Shown: positions 58,367 to 64,000 of the stretch, one piece after another
Numbering within the stretch: position 1 is the first letter of the stretch
How the letters are laid out: every line of letters begins with the position of its first letter
From: a candidate division WOR-3 bacterium
GTDB taxonomy: Bacteria; Hydrothermota; Tepidihabitantia; Tepidihabitantales; Tepidihabitantaceae
Length of the DNA: 64,000 nt
Assembly (NCBI GenBank): GCA_965649295.1
Contig: CBFGKH010000008.1
Span: 64,001 to 128,000, forward strand
Direction of reading: 5' to 3'
Program-made: the position numbers and the translations under genes
The notes under the pieces: model-generated
Seen by the model: the letters and a program-made list of their open reading frames with translations, nothing else
Told to the model about the DNA's origin: nothing
Databases searched by the model: none

Positions 58367-58936
58367 TCACCCGGTCGGGCAGGCGCCGCCGTGCTTTTGG
58401 TGATACTTCTGATGGTACTCCTCGGCCGGCCAGAAGTCGCTGGCTGGCACTATCTCGGTGACAATCGGCCGGCGGAACTGGCCTGATTTGGCAAGGCTAT
58501 CGCGCACGGCTGTGGCTATTGCCTGTTGCTCGGGTGAGAAATAGAAGATGGCGGAGCGATACTGGGAGCCGGTGTCTGGTCCCTGCCGATTGAGCGTGGT
58601 CGGGTCGTGGATGCGGAAGAAGTATTCAACCAGTTGGCGGTAGCTTACCTTGGCCGGATCAAACTCCACCAGCACTGCCTCGGCATGGCCGGTGGTATCG
58701 GTACAGACATCGCGATAGGTCGGGTTTGGAGTGTGGCCGCCGGTGTAGCCAACCGTGGTGCGGACAACGCCGCTAACTCGGTCAAAAGCAGCCTGAACGC
58801 CCCAGAAGCAGCCGGCTGCGAAAACTGCCTTTGTCGTTGGTGTCATTGTCTTATCCTCCGCCAGTCTCTGCGTTCGTGGCGAATAGCAGCCCGCCAGCAA
58901 GGAGAAGGCCAGCAGCGCTAGTGAGAATCTTGTCAT
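58367..58936 (-). CDS. msrA: Peptide methionine (S)-sulfoxide reductase with lipoprotein signal
   Basis: [37 protein letters not shown] lipobox. Confidence 0.93.
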   Translation of the reverse strand: MTRFSLALLAFSLLAGCYSPRTQRLAEDKTMTPTTKAVFAAGCFWGVQAAFDRVSGVVRTTVGYTGGHTPNPTYRDVCTDTTGHAEAVLVEFDPAKVSYRQLVEYFFRIHDPTTLNRQGPDTGSQYRSAIFYFSPEQQAIATAVRDSLAKSGQFRRPIVTEIVPASDFWPAEEYHQKYHQKHGGACPTG

Positions 58937-58981
58937 AGTTATTGGACGCGGTGATGGTGCGGACCGGAGCAACCAGCCGAA

Positions 58982-59896
58982 CTAGACCGAAAGCTGGACT
59001 AGCAACTCCTTCGCCTTGGCGATGGCCGACAGTTCTTTGGCCTTGAGCGTAAGGGCCAGTGCCTGTTTCTCGGTTGCGGCCAGGTCGCGGGCGGCCAGTC
59101 TTTCGAGGCCGGCAGCGATGTCGCCATACGCGGCAGCCAGACTCTTTGCCGGGCTAGCGTAGCGGGGCAGTTTTGCCGCAATCTCGGTGAAGTAGCTGGC
59201 AGCCATGCGGCGGCACTCAGACCAGACCATGCCGTTCCACCAGTTGCCGTGGGAGTCGCCGTGCTGGGCAGCAGCGGCTGCCCAGTTGTCGTAGGCATCA
59301 GGGCCAATGCCATAGCCTTGTTTGGCGTAGCGGTGTGGTTCTTCAAACAGGCTGACAGCGTAGCTGAGGCTGGCCCGGACGACGACGCTGGTGCTTGTTG
59401 GCTGGGAGCGGCGGAAGGTGAAGAAGTTGGCGTGTAACTCGCGCCCGAACTCGCGCCACGAGCCGTAGCTCAATCGCGAAGGAGTTAGTTCGGGTGCGCA
59501 GTCCCAGGGCCGGCAGAGGAGAAACGCCTGCTCGTCGTAGCCGTAGATGAGCTGGTTCTCCATGTTGACGACCGAACAGGCCTGGCCGGAGTCGAGCAGA
59601 CCGCGCAGTTCCTTCTCTAGGGCGGTTCGTTCTTCGGGCAGGCTGCCTTTGTGAAAGAAGCCAAGGTCAATCATTTCGAGGCCGAGGTTGCGCAGGAGTT
59701 GACAGAACCCGTCGTACTTCCAGCAATAGGGACTGCTCGGGCAAAGCTCTTTGTGGATGTTGATGAGGAAGGCATGGCCGGTGCCACCAAAGGCCCAGGC
59801 CGGGCTGGCGACGATCCCGTAGTAGTCAAGCGCTCCTTTGACGACGCCAAGGAGCGTGGTATTGAACGGCGGCTGCTTCAGACCTTCGAGCTCCAT
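58982..59896 (-). CDS. Hypothetical protein
   Basis: 304-aa ORF with GGAGG SD. Confidence 0.7.
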   Translation of the reverse strand: MELEGLKQPPFNTTLLGVVKGALDYYGIVASPAWAFGGTGHAFLINIHKELCPSSPYCWKYDGFCQLLRNLGLEMIDLGFFHKGSLPEERTALEKELRGLLDSGQACSVVNMENQLIYGYDEQAFLLCRPWDCAPELTPSRLSYGSWREFGRELHANFFTFRRSQPTSTSVVVRASLSYAVSLFEEPHRYAKQGYGIGPDAYDNWAAAAAQHGDSHGNWWNGMVWSECRRMAASYFTEIAAKLPRYASPAKSLAAAYGDIAAGLERLAARDLAATEKQALALTLKAKELSAIAKAKELLVQLSV

Positions 59897-60010
59897 TTTT
59901 GCCTCCGGGGATGGGTTGGCGACATAAGAGCATCGGTCGCCAGCCGCCGGCTGTCAAGAGGGCGGCTGGTGGGTGACGGTTTGCGCTGCTAGCCCGGTGA
60001 CCGGGCAGCG

Positions 60011-62194
60011 CTAGTGTGACTTGACCAGTTTGTAGCTGTGCTGCTCGGTGCCGTAGCTAACTCTTGCTAGGTAGATGCCCGCTGGCAGCAGTCGGCCAGC
60101 GTCATCCCGCCCGTCCCAGATGGTGTTTTGAGCGGTGGCCGAGACCGTTAGTCGCCGCACTAGTCGGCCGCCGGCGTCAACAATCCGAACGACGCTGGTG
60201 CCGGTCTGGTTCGGGGCGAGGCAGATGGTTGTCCAGCCGCGGAACGGATTGGGAGAAGCGGTGATGGCATTGCCTGCGGCGACCGGCACACCCGGCTGGC
60301 TAGCGCCGGTCAAGTGCCAGCGAATCTCGGCGATTCCCTCGCTTGCGCAACTCACCCACGGGTTGTTGTCCCAGTCAATGGCGATGTCGTATATCTGCTC
60401 GTGCGGCAGGGGTGAGTTCTCGCGGTCAAAACGTAGCCAGCTCGGCCCGTCGAACCGCAGCAGCGCTCCTCGGTACGGGTAGATGTCACCGCGGAAGAAT
60501 GCGTGCCAGAGCACGCCGTTTTGGTCAACTGCCGAGATACCGCCGGCTTTGACCGGTGAGTTGGTCGAGTCGTATAGGGTCCAGGTTGTGTCGCGGCGGT
60601 CGAATCGGGCCAAGCCGCTGCGCGGGTCCGGGTCGGTCAGGTCAACCGATAGCCAGAGAGTGCCGTCGGGCGAGCGCGCCGGCGCCCAGCAGCGACCGGT
60701 GCCGGGCATCCCGGCTGTCAGGGTGTCGTAGATTTCCCAGCGCGTGCCGTCGGTGCGGATGAGCCCAGCTAGCGTTGCCACCCAGACATAGCCGCCTTCA
60801 TCGGCGCAGATGCCCTGCACATAACTGGTGATGGGCGAGTTGGTATAGTCGAACTTTCTCACGACGCCGTTGGCAATGCGGTAGAGCCCGCGGGTACTGA
60901 AGTCCTCATATGCCCAGATGACGCCGGTGCTGTCACGGATTACATCCTTGATAACTTCACCGTCAATGTACTGCTCAACCCAGTTTGTGCCATCCCAGAC
61001 CACTACGCCCGCAGCATAGGTTGCAACCCACATTTTGCCATCCGGACCCTCGACCGCAGCGTTCACGATGTCAGTGGGGTATGGCCACGGTTGGGTGCCG
61101 CCATAGCGGTTGAAGTTGCGCCAGACCTGGCCGTCAAACGTGCAGATGCCGTAGCCGGTGCCCATCCAGACGCGGCGATGGCTGTCAAAGGCGATGCCGT
61201 TGACCCAGTAGTCGTTCAGGCCGGTGCGGGAGATGTTATAGCCATCCCAGTTGCTGCCGACCTTGTGCGCCACTCCGCCGATGCCGCACGCCCACAAGCT
61301 GCCGTCCGGTGCCTCAGCCGCCAGGTAGCAGAAGCCGCCCGGCCAGCCCTGTTCGGTCCAGAAATTGTTCTCGACCGCGAATAGGCCGTTTGGGCACCCG
61401 GCCCAGAGCCCACCTGCGCGGCGCAGGGCCAGCCCGAGCACCGGCAGGGCCCCAGACGAGCCGTGGTTGCGCCACGTGCCGTTGTCGTAGCTGATGAGAT
61501 AGGTCTGGGCAATCCAGACCACACCGTTTGAGTCGATGACAATATCGTCAACCCCATATTGGAGGGTATCGAAGTACAGCCAGCTTCCACCGCGGAATCG
61601 GGCCAGTCCGACTGAGGTAGCCCCGGCCCAGACATCGCCGTTCGGAGCGCAAGCAATGGCCCGTACTGGGTTCCACGGGGCGGGAAACGGGTGTCCTTGG
61701 CCGCGTCGCCAGAAAGTCCAACTGGTGCCGTCGAAGCGGCCAACCCCGCCGTTATTGCCGTTGAAGTTCTCCATTGCAAACCAAATGTTGCCGGTCGCAT
61801 CAATGTCCACGTCGCTGACGGTGTCACAGGGAAAACCGGGTACCGTGTTCGAGTTGTAGGCGATGAAGTTGGTGCCGTCGAACTTCAGCAGGCCGGCGAT
61901 TGAGCCGCACCAGATGTTGCCAGCACGGTCCATTTTGAATGACCCGATGTCATAGGTCGGACAGCGGCCGTCCACGTTTGACCAGTTGTGCCAGCGGTTA
62001 CCGTCGAACATCGCCAGTCCCCCCTGTCGCCAGCTCGGCTGGTAGCCGTGGGTCCACACTCGGCCGGTTGAGTCAACGAGGAGCGCAAACGAGTAATCGC
62101 CCATCGTGCCAGTGTTGCCTGGTGTCCAGAGCTTCCATTCGGGGTTCTGGGCCGCTGCCACGGCAGCGACAAATAGCAGGGTCATTGATTTCAT
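60011..62194 (-). CDS. Secreted beta-propeller (Reg_prop-like) protein with FlgD Ig / sorting tail
   Basis: Repeated D..G.IW...GL..FDG..W; SPNPF...WDGRDDAGR. Confidence 0.85.
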   Translation of the reverse strand: MKSMTLLFVAAVAAAQNPEWKLWTPGNTGTMGDYSFALLVDSTGRVWTHGYQPSWRQGGLAMFDGNRWHNWSNVDGRCPTYDIGSFKMDRAGNIWCGSIAGLLKFDGTNFIAYNSNTVPGFPCDTVSDVDIDATGNIWFAMENFNGNNGGVGRFDGTSWTFWRRGQGHPFPAPWNPVRAIACAPNGDVWAGATSVGLARFRGGSWLYFDTLQYGVDDIVIDSNGVVWIAQTYLISYDNGTWRNHGSSGALPVLGLALRRAGGLWAGCPNGLFAVENNFWTEQGWPGGFCYLAAEAPDGSLWACGIGGVAHKVGSNWDGYNISRTGLNDYWVNGIAFDSHRRVWMGTGYGICTFDGQVWRNFNRYGGTQPWPYPTDIVNAAVEGPDGKMWVATYAAGVVVWDGTNWVEQYIDGEVIKDVIRDSTGVIWAYEDFSTRGLYRIANGVVRKFDYTNSPITSYVQGICADEGGYVWVATLAGLIRTDGTRWEIYDTLTAGMPGTGRCWAPARSPDGTLWLSVDLTDPDPRSGLARFDRRDTTWTLYDSTNSPVKAGGISAVDQNGVLWHAFFRGDIYPYRGALLRFDGPSWLRFDRENSPLPHEQIYDIAIDWDNNPWVSCASEGIAEIRWHLTGASQPGVPVAAGNAITASPNPFRGWTTICLAPNQTGTSVVRIVDAGGRLVRRLTVSATAQNTIWDGRDDAGRLLPAGIYLARVSYGTEQHSYKLVKSH

Positions 62195-62278
62195 GCCTGT
62201 CTCCGTTCGGGCTAGCAACGTTTTGCCCGCTAGATTATATGATAATCGCTATAATCCTGTCAACTGCGTCTGCCTGGG

Positions 62279-63673
62279 CTAGATGCGCAGCATCAGCTTG
62301 GCGGTGGTGAAGAAGATGAGTAGGCCGGTGATGTCAACAATTGTGGTCAGGGCCGGACTGGCGACGACGGCCGGGTCAATGCGCAGGCGGGCCGAAACCA
62401 AGGGCAGCAGGGCGCCGATGAGGGTGGAGGTGATAACCTGCAGCCCCAGGGCGCAGGCAATGGTAAATCCAAGCCAGAGCGGGGTGACGCCCGGCGGCAA
62501 GCCGCGACCGGCCTGGAAGAGCATTACCCGCAGGAAGGCGAAGAGGCCGAGGACTGTGGCCAGGAGCAAGGCGGTCAGTAGCTCGCGGCCAAGGACGCGC
62601 AGCGAGTCGCGGGGCGCAATCTCACCCAAGGCCAGGGCCCGGATGACGAGCGTGGCTGACTGGCTGCCGGTGTTGCCGCCGGTGTCGGCCAGCATCGGCA
62701 TGAACGTCGCCAGCAGGGCAACCTGGGCGAGCAGGGCTTCGAAGCGCTGGACGATGAAGCCAGAAATGAGCCCGAGCGCGGCGAGGACAACAATCCAGCC
62801 GACGCGGTTGCGGAAGTGCTGAACCGGCGAGGTGCGCATGTAGGCGTAGGACTCGTGCTCACCACTGATACCCATCAGCTTCTCGACGTCCTCGGTCTGC
62901 TCCTGAGTGATGACGTCAGCGGCGTCGTCGTGGGTGATGATGCCGACGAGAGCGCCATTCTCGTCCAGCACCGGCAGGGCAATGAGGTCGTATTTGAGAA
63001 TCGTCCGCGCGGCGGCTTCCTGGTCGTCGGTGACGCGGGCCGAGATGGTGTCGGTGCGCATAATCTCGCTGACCTTTGCCTCGGGCCGAGCGAGAATCAG
63101 TGACTTCAGGGAGACGTCGCCAAGCAACTGCCGATTGCTGTCAACGACATAGGAGTAGTAGATCGTCTCCTTGTCCGGGGCTTCGCGGCGCAGCCGCGCG
63201 AGCGCGTCAGCCACGGTCTCGTCCGGCGAGAGGGTGGCGTAATCTGAGGTCATGATTGCGCCGGCCGTGCCTTCGGGATAGGACATCAGCCGCCGCACAT
63301 CCTCCCGTTCGGCCTGGGCCATTGCCGGCAGGATCGCCTCGCGCCGGTCCTCGGGTATCTCGCGCAGAAGGTCAACGCGGTCGTCCGGCGCCATGTCGGA
63401 GAGCAGCCGGCCGAGCTCGTCGCGCGGCAGAATCTCAATCAGAGCGAGCTGTTCATCAATGTCAAGGTGGCTGAAGATTTCGGCGCGGGTCTGGGGCGGA
63501 GCGAGGCGCAGGGCGGCAACGATTTCGACCGGTTCGAGTGCCGAGAGAAAGTCGGCAATGGTCTGCGGGTGCATGTTGGTGAGAAATTCGCGCAGCTCGG
63601 CCGGGTCCTGGCTGGCGATTGCCTCGCGCAGCTCAGGAACGAGCAATGGGTTGCGCTGCGTGTGTCGCTGCAT
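62279..63673 (-). CDS. mgtE: Magnesium transporter MgtE
   Basis: N-domain, CBS pair (TAGAIMT), GGNTGSQ, DPAVVASP.LTTIVDITG. Confidence 0.95.
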   Translation of the reverse strand: MQRHTQRNPLLVPELREAIASQDPAELREFLTNMHPQTIADFLSALEPVEIVAALRLAPPQTRAEIFSHLDIDEQLALIEILPRDELGRLLSDMAPDDRVDLLREIPEDRREAILPAMAQAEREDVRRLMSYPEGTAGAIMTSDYATLSPDETVADALARLRREAPDKETIYYSYVVDSNRQLLGDVSLKSLILARPEAKVSEIMRTDTISARVTDDQEAAARTILKYDLIALPVLDENGALVGIITHDDAADVITQEQTEDVEKLMGISGEHESYAYMRTSPVQHFRNRVGWIVVLAALGLISGFIVQRFEALLAQVALLATFMPMLADTGGNTGSQSATLVIRALALGEIAPRDSLRVLGRELLTALLLATVLGLFAFLRVMLFQAGRGLPPGVTPLWLGFTIACALGLQVITSTLIGALLPLVSARLRIDPAVVASPALTTIVDITGLLIFFTTAKLMLRI

Positions 63674-63755
63674 CGTCGTTTACCTTGGTGCGGGACAACG
63701 ATAGCACGAGCAGTCGGTGAGTGCAACTCTGACTAGGCTTGCCAGTGCGAATAGC

Positions 63756-63783
63756 AAGTGGGGCGGCCAAAGCCGCCCCACTT
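63756..63783 (-). terminator. Hairpin after the peroxiredoxin gene
   Basis: AAGTGGGGCGGC-CAAA-GCCGCCCCACTT. Confidence 0.7.
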
Positions 63784-63802
63784 CTCCTAGGATTCTTGGC
63801 GG

Positions 63803-64000
63803 TTAGCCGAGCTTTTTATGGCAGAACCACCAGTCGTAGCACTCGAACTGCTTGGGTCGCTCAGCCGCGGTCTTCTCGTCCCGGGCCGGCGGGATGATAA
63901 CGTGGTCGCCGACGAGTTCGTTATGCGGCCAGTTTGCCGGCATCGCCACCTTGTTCGCATCAGATACGTGCAACGCTTTGACCATCCGCAGCAGTTCGTC
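63803..64000 (-). CDS. Peroxiredoxin (Prx6/TDXH-type), C-terminal part only
   Basis: [18 protein letters not shown]...[11 protein letters not shown]. Confidence 0.85.
   Translation of the reverse strand, partial: DELLRMVKALHVSDANKVAMPANWPHNELVGDHVIIPPARDEKTAAERPKQFECYDWWFCHKKLG

Noticed and set aside
63674..63755. M-box riboswitch upstream of mgtE
   Set aside because: Only ~80 nt available, too short for the aptamer

Overview
GC-rich bacterial chromosome segment that appears to span the replication origin: dnaA, flanking DnaA boxes, and two parS sites embedded inside hypF. The many secreted proteins with T9SS/FlgD-like C-terminal sorting tails suggest an FCB-affiliated lineage such as WOR-3 (inference). 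Housekeeping content: PrsW protease, aldolase/ribokinase, a MoxR-DUF58-BatA-E operon, hypF, a Met/Thr biosynthesis cluster, pruA plus an ArcE-like enzyme, msrA, mgtE and a peroxiredoxin. Accessory content: an MjaII/TdeIII-like type II restriction-modification pair beside a type I hsdM remnant, and a MerR + VIT/vWA operon. Two unexplained systems stand out. (1) A degenerate sensor kinase and a sigma-54 activator lie directly upstream of a sigma-54 promoter that drives a ~200-nt structured non-coding RNA, and are preceded by two apparently catalytically dead sugar-nucleotide enzymes. (2) A cis-element occurs in three dispersed copies, each a degenerate 12-nt-period array followed by a fixed-geometry tail; one copy fires directly into an XRE-HTH gene. 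All calls are by-eye motif recognition; no searches or folding programs were run.
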